From Acidobacteriota bacterium (GTDB lineage: Bacteria; Acidobacteriota; UBA6911; RPQK01; JADFOI01), in the NCBI GenBank assembly GCA_022562935.1, contig JADFOI010000001.1, forward strand, positions 15,982-79,981: a stretch of DNA of 64,000 nt. Reading direction: 5' to 3'. The notes beneath the pieces were generated by a model that ran no database searches, was not told where the DNA came from, and saw only the letters and a list, made by a program, of their open reading frames with translations. A program made the position numbers and the translations under genes. Shown piece by piece: positions 28,574-36,767 of this stretch (its first letter is position 1; every line of letters starts with the position of its first letter).

Positions 28574-29308
28574 CTATACTCTTTGGACCGCGTCAGTAAC
28601 TTCTTCTGCCATGCTGGAGTTCAGACGCATGGCCATTCTCAACATCACCAAGGTCACGCAGAGGACGGTCATAGCGATGACAGCAACGAATAAAGCGTGA
28701 ATCATCTCCGGCTCCAATTCGGCACCGCTGCTGGTGATGACAACAGGATGAATAGTTCTCCACCATCGAATGGAAAACCAGACGATGGGAACATCAAGAA
28801 AGCCGATAATCCCAAAGACGGCGCAATATTTATACTTGGTTTCCCCTTCCGGCAAGCTGGATCGCAGCATCAAATAGGCCACATAGATGAGCCACAGAAC
28901 CATGGTCGTCATGACTCTGGGGTCACCCCACGGCCACCAAGTGTTCCAGATGGGCCTGGCCCAAATAGGTCCTGTAACTAGAACGATGGTGGTAAAGACC
29001 ACCCCAACCTCCGTGCAGGAAGCTGCCAGATGATCCCAACTCTGCTTACGGGTGATGAGATAACCCACACCACCCAGGAACACACCGAAGAAAGCGAGAA
29101 AGCAATTCCAGGCAGCACCGACGTGAAAATAGAAAATGCGCTGCACCTCGCCCATTTCCCTCTCGGTGGGAGCGTAAAGAAAGGCTCCATACAAGGCCAA
29201 CACCATCAGGAAATAAAGTGGAATCAACGACCAGTCCGCGATTCTCAGATATAGTCTGGCTAATCTCCAGGAAGGATTAATCGGCGACGACATAATCAAA
29301 AAGTACAA
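28574..29308 (-). CDS. ccmC: heme exporter protein C (CcmC)
   Basis: 244 aa; WWD-type tryptophan-rich motif (IWNTWWPWGDPRV); conserved His-containing TMs. Confidence 0.9.
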   Translation of the reverse strand: MYFLIMSSPINPSWRLARLYLRIADWSLIPLYFLMVLALYGAFLYAPTEREMGEVQRIFYFHVGAAWNCFLAFFGVFLGGVGYLITRKQSWDHLAASCTEVGVVFTTIVLVTGPIWARPIWNTWWPWGDPRVMTTMVLWLIYVAYLMLRSSLPEGETKYKYCAVFGIIGFLDVPIVWFSIRWWRTIHPVVITSSGAELEPEMIHALFVAVIAMTVLCVTLVMLRMAMRLNSSMAEEVTDAVQRV

Positions 29309-29954
29309 ATCCGGCGGCCAGGTAAATCACATCAAAGGCAACCAAAAGCTCAACCGACCGGCCCAAAGACTGTATCTCCTGTGCCAGCAGGATTTCCTGC
29401 GTCCCGTTTACAGCCGGTAGGATTATAGGGAGGATAATGGGAAAGAGCAAAACGGGCAACATGACTTCCCGAGTACGAATCGTACTGACCATGGCACCCA
29501 GTAAAGTCCCCACAGCCGAAAAGCCGAGAGCAGAGAGCACAATGAGCAAGGCGATCCAGAGAAGCTGGACGGAAAAGCTGAAGTTATAGACAATCACAAA
29601 AGCCAGCAGCACCAGCAGATCTACAACTATCAGGAGGAACCAGTTGGCCAGAAATTTGCCCAGGAAAAGGACCCCTCGATCTGCAGGAGAAAGAATCAAG
29701 CCGTACAACGTTCCTTCTTCCATCTCCACCTGAAAGGAGCGATTCAACCGAATAATTCCGGGGAAAAGTAGAGCGACCCAGAGAATCCCGGGTGCCGCCT
29801 CCCGGGTGGCTGGACTTCCCGGGTCGAAAGCAAAATTGAAGATGACCAGGATTAGAAGGGCAAAGAACACGGTGGTCAGATAAGCCTGCCGTGAGCGGTA
29901 TTCGATCTTGAGATCTTTACCCACAAGTACCCAGGTCAGTGCAATTGGATTCAT
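29277..29954 (-). CDS. ccmB: heme exporter protein B (CcmB)
   Basis: 225 aa 6-TM protein, CcmB-like (FALLILVIFNFAFD..., AMVSTIRTRE). Confidence 0.9.
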   Translation of the reverse strand: MNPIALTWVLVGKDLKIEYRSRQAYLTTVFFALLILVIFNFAFDPGSPATREAAPGILWVALLFPGIIRLNRSFQVEMEEGTLYGLILSPADRGVLFLGKFLANWFLLIVVDLLVLLAFVIVYNFSFSVQLLWIALLIVLSALGFSAVGTLLGAMVSTIRTREVMLPVLLFPIILPIILPAVNGTQEILLAQEIQSLGRSVELLVAFDVIYLAAGFVLFDYVVAD

Positions 29955-30212
29955 GTTTGTTCGTGCTTTCGTGCTTTCGTATTGTCGGTTACCAGCTGTC
30001 TGTTGTCAGCTGTCTGTTGTCGAAGCGGGCTTCGCGCGCGTTCCAAGTTCCAAGTCCCAGGTTCCAAGTCAGGTCTGGAATTTGGGATTTGGGATTTGGG
30101 ATTTCAGCCGGTCTGCCGGCTGTGGTCTGCCGCCTGTGCTCAGTCCTCAGTCCTCATCACTCAGTCCTCTCTTCCGGTCTGTTGTCTGTTGTCTGCTGTC
30201 TGCTGTCTGCCT
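29955..30212. repeat. composite microsatellite-module element (family A) between ccmA and ccmB
   Basis: Tandem units: cgtgctttcgtg x2, cagctgtctgttgt x2, gttccaag x3, tttgggat x3, hairpin cagccggtctgccggctg, ctcagtcct x3, ctgttgt/ctgctgt x4; inverted near-copy at 59719-59905. Confidence 0.85.
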
Positions 30213-30930
30213 ACCTCTCGCCTCCTTCTTCGACTGCCTGAAAATAGAGCTTTTCAAATCCAGATTTATCCAGATGCTCACCCCGGGCCTGGAACACCAG
30301 TTCCCCCCGGTTCTGAATCATCACTCGATCGCACAACTCAAGCCCTTCGCCGAGATTATGGGTCACCAACAAGATGGTTCTACCCTCCTGTTTTAATCCT
30401 CTCAGGACTTCCGTGAAAAGACGACTACCGTGTTGATCGAGTCCGGTGTAGGGCTCATCCAGGAGGAGTAATTGAGGTTCGTGTAAGAGCGCCCGAGCCA
30501 AGGTCAGCCTCTGCTTCATACCCCGGGAATATTCTCCAGTGCGCTGATTGCGCGCCCCCTCGAGTCCCATCTTGGCCAGCATCTCAGCGGCCCGATCGTG
30601 AGCTTCCTGGATATCATATAGGCGCGCATAAAACAGCAAGTTTTCGAATCCGGTCAGTTCGTTGTAGAGAAGGCTGAGGTGAGAGACATATCCCACCCTG
30701 TTCCGGGACTGGTTGTCACCTTTGAAGGCGAATTCAATCTCGCCACTGGTGGGCTGTGTCAAGGAGGCAATGATTCGAAGCAAAGTTGTTTTACCTGCCC
30801 CGTTGGGACCGAAAATTGCCAGAGAATCGCCCTGGCTAACCTCCAGATCCACATTCCAGACCGCCCGAATCACGCCGAATCGCTTTGTAACTTTAGAAAG
30901 TCGTAAAAGAGGGACGGATGGGTCGGGCAT
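30211..30930 (-). CDS. ccmA: cytochrome c biogenesis ABC ATPase CcmA
   Basis: Walker A GPNGAGKTT, signature SRGMKQRLTLARAL, Walker B LLLLDEPYTGLD; position in the ccm cluster. Confidence 0.85.
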   Translation of the reverse strand: MPDPSVPLLRLSKVTKRFGVIRAVWNVDLEVSQGDSLAIFGPNGAGKTTLLRIIASLTQPTSGEIEFAFKGDNQSRNRVGYVSHLSLLYNELTGFENLLFYARLYDIQEAHDRAAEMLAKMGLEGARNQRTGEYSRGMKQRLTLARALLHEPQLLLLDEPYTGLDQHGSRLFTEVLRGLKQEGRTILLVTHNLGEGLELCDRVMIQNRGELVFQARGEHLDKSGFEKLYFQAVEEGGER

Positions 30931-30932
30931 CG

Positions 30933-31241
30933 TCAGGATCTTTTTTTCTTCCCGATCTTGCCACTCTCCGCCTGAAGGGATTGGACTCGCTGGAAGATTC
31001 CCACGGCCCGCTGCTCAAAATCTAGCTTGAGGGATTGATAGTCCTGGGTCGATAACTTGCCCATGCGGAAGTCCATATCAATGTCCTTCAGGCTCTCTAT
31101 GATGTCTTCTTTCTCCCGTAGAGCCTTCTCCTGTTCAGTGACTTCATCCTCAGGCGCGGACTTCTTCTCTTCTCGAAGAAGGGGATAGGCAATATAGAGG
31201 ACGGCGCCGATAAACAGGATCGGCGCAATGAGCAAGGCCAT
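30933..31241 (-). CDS. hypothetical membrane-anchored protein (102 aa) within the ccm cluster
   Basis: One N-terminal TM helix then a charged coiled-coil-like segment; could be a minimal CcmI-like component; weak. Confidence 0.35.
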   Translation of the reverse strand: MALLIAPILFIGAVLYIAYPLLREEKKSAPEDEVTEQEKALREKEDIIESLKDIDMDFRMGKLSTQDYQSLKLDFEQRAVGIFQRVQSLQAESGKIGKKKRS

Positions 31242-31700
31242 TTACCGCTCCAATTCCCGATCGATGAGCTTTCGATATTTTTCATCGATTTCGGGGGACT
31301 CCCTTTCAGTTTCCTGGTTCGAGTCGTCGGGTTTGAGACGGTTGATGACGAAAAAAATGACCACGATTCCCGCCAACAATCCCACAAAGGGCATTACCCA
31401 AACCAGCAGATTGAACCCTTCCGCCTTGGGCACTGCCCGCACCCTGAGCCCGTATTGGTCCTCGAAGATTTCGTAGACTTCCTCCTCCGTATTGCCTGCG
31501 GTGACCAGCTGTGAAATTTCATGAACCAGTTGGGGGGCAACGGAGCATTCATCGCCGCAGTGACCGATGATATGAGGACATCCGCACGTGCACATCAGGT
31601 TGTGGGCAATTCGGGAAACGGTTTCATCCGGGGAATAGATCTGTCCAAAGGTGAACGAACTCAAAAACAGGAGCAAAAGAGCTAAATTAGGCAGCCACAT
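31242..31700 (-). CDS. ccmH: CcmH/CycL-like cytochrome c biogenesis protein with atypical Cys motif
   Basis: Signal peptide, LMCTCGCP in place of canonical LRCxxC, downstream YG motif and C-terminal TM, as in the CcmH architecture. Confidence 0.6.
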   Translation of the reverse strand: MWLPNLALLLLFLSSFTFGQIYSPDETVSRIAHNLMCTCGCPHIIGHCGDECSVAPQLVHEISQLVTAGNTEEEVYEIFEDQYGLRVRAVPKAEGFNLLVWVMPFVGLLAGIVVIFFVINRLKPDDSNQETERESPEIDEKYRKLIDRELER

Positions 31701-33678
31701 CTCGCACCTCCTGGGAAGGCTTCTTCAGAGCCACCGCCACTCCGGACTTCTTGTTGGGAATGAGAACAAACATTCCCCCCAGGACCATGATTCCGATTCC
31801 ATACCAAATGAGTCGAACCAGAGGATTGATAAAAACATGAAAGGTAGCCTCTCCTCCCTCTTCATACCCGGACAGAACCAGGTACAGGTCTTCTTTGAGC
31901 GTGGAACGAATCTTCACCTCGGTCATGGGTTGCTCGCTCTTGTAATGGAAGTCCTTTTGAGGATAAAGATCATCTATCTTCTTTCCACCTTTAAAAACAG
32001 CGATATGAGCGAATACCACCTCTTTTTCCGGATCCTTTCTGAAGGTCAGTTGCTCGTATTTCAAGGTATAGTCCCCTATGCTGAACTCCTCGCCTTCTGC
32101 CACAGTGAAGAGCTGCTCACTTTTGAAGAAGGAACTGCCGATGATCCCGGCGAAGACCAAAACCACACCCAAATGGATGATAAATCCACCATAACGACGC
32201 TTGTTCATCAAAGTGAGATCCATTAGGGCAACCAGGAACCCTGAAGGCCGGATGGTTTGACGAGCACGAGCTCCTTTATAAAACTCGTAGATCATCGTCA
32301 TTGCCACGAACCCACAGGCCGAAAAAAAGACCAGAGGAATGAGATCACGAACACCTAAAGCGACCGCCACCACACCGCTGAGAAAGCCCGCCCCAAGAGG
32401 TGTTAAAAAGTTTCTTTTGAAGTTCTTTGCCGAGGACTTGCGCCAGGCGATCAGAGGGCACACACCGGTCAGAATCAACAGAGCCAAACCCAAGGGCAGG
32501 TTCACCGCATTAAAGAAGGGCATGGAAACTGTAATCTTTTCGCCCGTTACCCATTCGGAAAGAATGGGGAATACCGTGCCCCAGAAAATAGCAAAGCAGA
32601 TGGCCAGAAACAGCAGGTTGTTGAGCAAAAAGGAGGCTTCACGAGACAAAAAAGAATTCATCCGCTTCTCACTGTGCAATTCCTTGGACCGATAAACAAT
32701 CCAAAACAGTCCCAGGGCCGTGCTGAGGGCTAAATAAGTCACGAAAAAGGGTCCTACACTGGACAGCGCAAAGGAGTGAACCGATGAGACAACTCCACTT
32801 CGGGTGATGAAAGTCCCAAAGATGGATAGCTCAAATGCCAGCAAAATCAGCACAAAGTTCCAGATCTTGAGCATTCCTTTCTTTTCCGTGATCATCACCG
32901 AGTGCAGGAAGGCCGTGGCGATGAGCCAGGGCATGAATGAAGCATTTTCCACGGGATCCCAAGCCCAGTAGCCTCCCCAACCCAGTTCTTCGTAAGCCCA
33001 CATCCCGCCTAACGTTAAGCCAAAGAGGAGAAAAATCCAGGCCACCAGGGTCCAGCGGCGAACGGTGGGAAGCCAGGAGGTGTCGAGTCGTCCACTGATT
33101 AAGGCCCCCATGGCCAGGGCAAAAGGGATGGCCAAGCCGACGTAGCCCAGAAAGAGCACGGGCGGGTGGATGATCATATAGTAATTCTGCAGCAGCGGAT
33201 TCAATCCCTGTCCATCCTCCGGTATGAAATTCAAGGTCTCGAAAGGATTGGTGGCGAAATTCAACAGGAGCATGAAAAAGCCAATGGTCCCCAGAAGCAC
33301 AGCAGCGGTGTAGGGCATCAAATCGCGATTCCGGTGACGATTCTGAACCGTTACTAGAAAAGAAAAAAAGGAAAGCACAAGAGCCCACAGCAAAAGACTC
33401 CCCTTTTGTCCACCCCAAAAGGCCGTGAACTTAAAACGGGCCGGGATATCCGTGGCGCTGTAGCTCGCTACATACTCCACCAGAAACTCATCGGTCAACA
33501 GCAGGTACCAGAGACAGAGAGAGGCCACTCCCAGGAAGACGAAGTTGGTGATCAGGCAGTTTTCGGCACTGCGCACCAGGGGGAGGTTCTTCTGAACCCC
33601 TCCCACGATAGCTGCCACCATTCCGAAGGTGCAGACCACCAGAGAGGCAATGAGGCAATAATGGCCCAGCTCGATCAT
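31687..33678 (-). CDS. ccmF: cytochrome c-type biogenesis protein CcmF
   Basis: 663 aa polytopic; WWD domain WGGYWAWDPVEN; full-length CcmF-like. Confidence 0.95.
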   Translation of the reverse strand: MIELGHYCLIASLVVCTFGMVAAIVGGVQKNLPLVRSAENCLITNFVFLGVASLCLWYLLLTDEFLVEYVASYSATDIPARFKFTAFWGGQKGSLLLWALVLSFFSFLVTVQNRHRNRDLMPYTAAVLLGTIGFFMLLLNFATNPFETLNFIPEDGQGLNPLLQNYYMIIHPPVLFLGYVGLAIPFALAMGALISGRLDTSWLPTVRRWTLVAWIFLLFGLTLGGMWAYEELGWGGYWAWDPVENASFMPWLIATAFLHSVMITEKKGMLKIWNFVLILLAFELSIFGTFITRSGVVSSVHSFALSSVGPFFVTYLALSTALGLFWIVYRSKELHSEKRMNSFLSREASFLLNNLLFLAICFAIFWGTVFPILSEWVTGEKITVSMPFFNAVNLPLGLALLILTGVCPLIAWRKSSAKNFKRNFLTPLGAGFLSGVVAVALGVRDLIPLVFFSACGFVAMTMIYEFYKGARARQTIRPSGFLVALMDLTLMNKRRYGGFIIHLGVVLVFAGIIGSSFFKSEQLFTVAEGEEFSIGDYTLKYEQLTFRKDPEKEVVFAHIAVFKGGKKIDDLYPQKDFHYKSEQPMTEVKIRSTLKEDLYLVLSGYEEGGEATFHVFINPLVRLIWYGIGIMVLGGMFVLIPNKKSGVAVALKKPSQEVRDVAA

Positions 33679-33728
33679 CGCTCTTAGTGGCTCACTGCAA
33701 AGGTTGGCATATTGGTGAGGCGGGGCAC

Positions 33729-34166
33729 CTAGTCACTGTCCCCTCCAATGGGAATATCTTGCGGATGCTCCGGACCGAGGGCCTCGTATTTGGAAGGACA
33801 TTTTGCCAAGAGAACGTTGGCATGAAACCTTCCCTCCTCAAGGCGATACATTCCTTCCACCAGCACCTCGGCGTTGTCCTTGAAGGTGTCGGGAATGATG
33901 CCCTGATAGATCACCGGAAGGGTTCGATCACTGTCTTTTTCAAAAACCAGAAACTCGACTTGAGACTGACTATTGTCCTTTTGAATACTTCCAGCCTGGA
34001 CATAACCACTGACGCGAATCCCTCGATTGGAAAGCTCCTGCTCCATCTCGAGAGCCTCAGAAACAGTGTAATAGTAGACCATGGAATCGTTGATTCCACT
34101 GAACATCAAATAGGAGATGGCTCCCAGAATAAGCGTTCCCACTACGACAAACTTCAGACGAGGCAT
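33729..34166 (-). CDS. ccmE: cytochrome c maturation heme chaperone CcmE, Cys-variant (CxxxY)
   Basis: Start at MPRLKF; N-terminal TM anchor, OB-fold-like body, heme-binding region LAKCPSKYE instead of canonical LAKHDENY. Confidence 0.85.
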   Translation of the reverse strand: MPRLKFVVVGTLILGAISYLMFSGINDSMVYYYTVSEALEMEQELSNRGIRVSGYVQAGSIQKDNSQSQVEFLVFEKDSDRTLPVIYQGIIPDTFKDNAEVLVEGMYRLEEGRFHANVLLAKCPSKYEALGPEHPQDIPIGGDSD

Positions 34167-34253
34167 GTGATCGTTCCCTTTCTTCCCCAGCAAAATGAGG
34201 ACCCTGCAATCTTAGCAGCTATGACAGCGTTGGAGAAGGGCAAAACCGCCGAA

Positions 34254-34757
34254 TTAGCTCCTAAAGGATTCGACCTGCTTCAGGGACTCTTCAATCAGAG
34301 ACTGATTATCCTTTTTCGAGAGATTTTTTTTGATCAGTTTGGAAGCCACCAACAGGGACAGATCGACAACCTCATTCTTAATGACAGCGAGGGCCTTTTC
34401 CGTCTCCACCTGGATCTGCTTCTCGGCATCACGAAGAATCGAATCTGCCTGAACCTTCGCTTCTTGTCGGAGCTCTCCCTTCAGTTTCTCCGCTTCGGAA
34501 CGACTTTTCGCCAAAATGGACTGAGCTTCCACTCTGGCCTTGGAAAGGATTTCTTTCGATTCCTGCTGAAGTCGTTGCAGCTCCTGCTTTGCCTTCTCCG
34601 CATCATCCAAAGACAGCCGGATCATTTCCTCACGTCTGTCCAACAGAGCTAGAAGGGGCTTCCAGGCGAACTTGGCCAACAGGACCAAAAGGACCAGAAA
34701 AGTGAGAATCGTCCACAGAAACAATCCCGGATCTGGCTGGACTAAAGGGTTATCCAT
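34254..34757 (-). CDS. atpF: F0F1 ATP synthase subunit b
   Basis: 167 aa; one N-terminal TM then a long charged helix (LLDRREEMI..., AEKLKGELRQEAK). Confidence 0.85.
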   Translation of the reverse strand: MDNPLVQPDPGLFLWTILTFLVLLVLLAKFAWKPLLALLDRREEMIRLSLDDAEKAKQELQRLQQESKEILSKARVEAQSILAKSRSEAEKLKGELRQEAKVQADSILRDAEKQIQVETEKALAVIKNEVVDLSLLVASKLIKKNLSKKDNQSLIEESLKQVESFRS

Positions 34758-34798
34758 AACGAACTCCGCTCACAAGCTTCACCATAGGGAATCAACGA

Positions 34799-35023
34799 TC
34801 ATTTCGTCAAAACAATCAGGAGCACGAACACCTCGGCCAGAATCGCCACACCTTCAAGCAGGAAAAGGGGCAAATTGACGGCAGCGATAATCTTATCAGC
34901 CGCCGCAGGCTGGCGAGCAATGCTTTCAGCGGCAGCAGCAGTAAATCGACCAATTCCCAATCCAGCTCCAATGACAATCATCCCCAGACCCAGTGCCGCA
35001 CCAAAGTAGTGCAGGTTTTCCAT
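34799..35023 (-). CDS. atpE: F0F1 ATP synthase subunit c
   Basis: 74 aa hairpin; GAGLGIG loop-helix motif and conserved carboxylate in LPLFLLEGVAIL. Confidence 0.9.
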   Translation of the reverse strand: MENLHYFGAALGLGMIVIGAGLGIGRFTAAAAESIARQPAAADKIIAAVNLPLFLLEGVAILAEVFVLLIVLTK

Positions 35024-35047
35024 GAAAGTTACCTCCGTTTCGTAGGA

Positions 35048-35965
35048 TTAATGATGAACATTTATTGCCATGCCAATAAACACGGCCGTCAGCAGGGTAA
35101 AGACATACGCCTGTACCAGCACAATGATGATTTCTAACGCGGAGACGCCCACCACCAATGGAAGGGACACCACCAGACCCACACCAACACCCGCCAAAAC
35201 ACTCTGAAACATTTCACTGAAAATGAACACAAAGGAGAGGATCGCGAGGATGGCAATGTGTCCCCCCATCATGTTCGCTGCCAAACGCATGGTCAGAGCG
35301 AAGGGCTTGACCAGCATCCCCATAAGTTCGATGGGAATCAACATGATATACACAGGCCACGCCAACCCTGAAGGCACCACGTTCTTCCAATGCTGGATGA
35401 AACCGTGGGCCTTGGTTCCAGCCACAATGATGGCCAGGAAGGTGATCAAGGCCAGAGCCGCGGTCACATTGTAATTTCCCGTGGCCGTAGCTCCACCGTG
35501 AAGCACCCTATTGAGGATCGACTCGGGGTCGGTATGAAGAATAAAACGATCAACCACGCCCAAAACTTCAAACATCGGAATCAACCCAAAGGCGTTTGCC
35601 GTCACGATGAAAAAGAAGAAGGTCAGGATCAGGGGCGTCCAGGTATTCACAAATTTCTTTCCCACATTTGGGAGAACAATCGAGTCCCGAATGAACTGAA
35701 CCACTGCCTCCAGGGCATTCATGAATCCGGTCGGAATCGGACGGTCCTGCTTCAAATACTTTCGGGTCGACCAGGTAATGAGAACAAAGAGAAGGACCGC
35801 CACAATCCAAAGCATCAAGACATGCTTGGTCACCGAGAAGTTGATGCCCAATACCGTCGGCAGTTCGAAAATGGGATGATCAATGCTGCTGTTTGAAACG
35901 TGCTCAATGATCACCTCTCCTGGATTGAAGCCTACGGATTCGCTCCCTTCATCCGGCATCATCAT
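35048..35965 (-). CDS. atpB: F0F1 ATP synthase subunit a
   Basis: 305 aa; conserved Arg in LTMRLAANMMGGH, polytopic. Confidence 0.9.
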   Translation of the reverse strand: MMMPDEGSESVGFNPGEVIIEHVSNSSIDHPIFELPTVLGINFSVTKHVLMLWIVAVLLFVLITWSTRKYLKQDRPIPTGFMNALEAVVQFIRDSIVLPNVGKKFVNTWTPLILTFFFFIVTANAFGLIPMFEVLGVVDRFILHTDPESILNRVLHGGATATGNYNVTAALALITFLAIIVAGTKAHGFIQHWKNVVPSGLAWPVYIMLIPIELMGMLVKPFALTMRLAANMMGGHIAILAILSFVFIFSEMFQSVLAGVGVGLVVSLPLVVGVSALEIIIVLVQAYVFTLLTAVFIGMAINVHH

Positions 35966-35972
35966 CTCTTTT

Positions 35973-36356
35973 CTACCACCCGTTCTCTACCACCCGGGGC
36001 CTTCTCTCTGCTCGAAACAGGGCTTGAAAGTATAGTGCTTCGGTTAGATGGAGTCCTATGAAATAGACAGTGAAACTGACCGCAAAGGGCAAGGCCTGAA
36101 ACGAATAGAAGCCCACAATGACACCGACGTAAACCCCATAAAACAACATCTTACCCAAAAAAGCCTGGGTCATCAGTGAGGTCAGCTTTTGGGGAGCCTT
36201 TCGGTAGGTTCTTTCCACCAGTGTGAGGGTGCCTATCGCCAACAGCAGCGGACTCAACATTCCCAGGAGAATCTCCACTGCCACATGAGGAAACATCAAC
36301 GAGACAAGTGCCCAGGAGCCTATACACGAAAGAATGATGCACGCCTGGATTTTCAA
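35973..36356 (-). CDS. atpI: ATP synthase protein I (AtpI-like), 4-TM
   Basis: 127 aa hydrophobic protein immediately upstream of atpB, the position typical for atpI. Confidence 0.5.
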   Translation of the reverse strand: MKIQACIILSCIGSWALVSLMFPHVAVEILLGMLSPLLLAIGTLTLVERTYRKAPQKLTSLMTQAFLGKMLFYGVYVGVIVGFYSFQALPFAVSFTVYFIGLHLTEALYFQALFRAERRPRVVENGW

Positions 36357-36595
36357 CGTTTCCAGACCGCCTTGGCTATCTCATAAAAACCGACGACCAT
36401 GCCCAATAATAATCCACCCAGCAAGAACCAGGGCGAGGTCATGAGCCACTGGTCCAACAGATAACCGATACCACCCAGGAACAGTACGGCTCCCACCAAG
36501 GTATAACTGGCTGTTGCAGCCGGTCCTGATCGGCGGATATTTTCCTGCAAGGACTCAAGAGATTTTGCCAGAAAATGATCACGCTGACCGGACAT
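36353..36595 (-). CDS. atpZ: AtpZ/AtpR-family small membrane protein (putative F0F1 ATPase accessory subunit)
   Basis: 80 aa, two TMs (LVGAVLFLGGIGYLLDQW, WFLLGGLLLGMVVGFYEI), upstream of atpI, matching the atpZ-atpI-atpB pattern. Confidence 0.5.
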   Translation of the reverse strand: MSGQRDHFLAKSLESLQENIRRSGPAATASYTLVGAVLFLGGIGYLLDQWLMTSPWFLLGGLLLGMVVGFYEIAKAVWKR

Positions 36596-36671
36596 GATGC
36601 CCCCCAGCTCAAAAAAAAATGGATCATAGCAGAGAAGATGGGCTAGATCAATGAGAAGACAGGCTCCAGGT

Positions 36672-36767
36672 TTCAGGTTCCAGGTTCCAGGTTTTGAACT
36701 TTGAATTTTGAATTTGTTTGGGATTTTGAATTTGGAATTTTGAATTTCCGCTGACCGGAGTCAGCGG
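36672..36767. repeat. family-A microsatellite module (ggttccag x3, ttgaatt/tttgaat units, tttgggatt) ending in hairpin ccgctgaccggagtcagcgg that abuts the nuoN stop
   Basis: Read directly; the related module at 58783-58894 shares ttttgaatttgtttgggattt...gaattt...cagccgg. Confidence 0.8.

Noticed and set aside
29908-30416. Three overlapping plus-strand ORFs (100-162 aa) rich in Cys/Ser/Leu
   Set aside because: Translations of the microsatellite-module element (29955-30212) running into antisense ccmA; the repeat DNA has no stop codons in several frames.
33687-34652. 321-aa plus-strand ORF
   Set aside because: Lies entirely antisense to well-supported ccmE and atpF; no motifs; typical shadow ORF.
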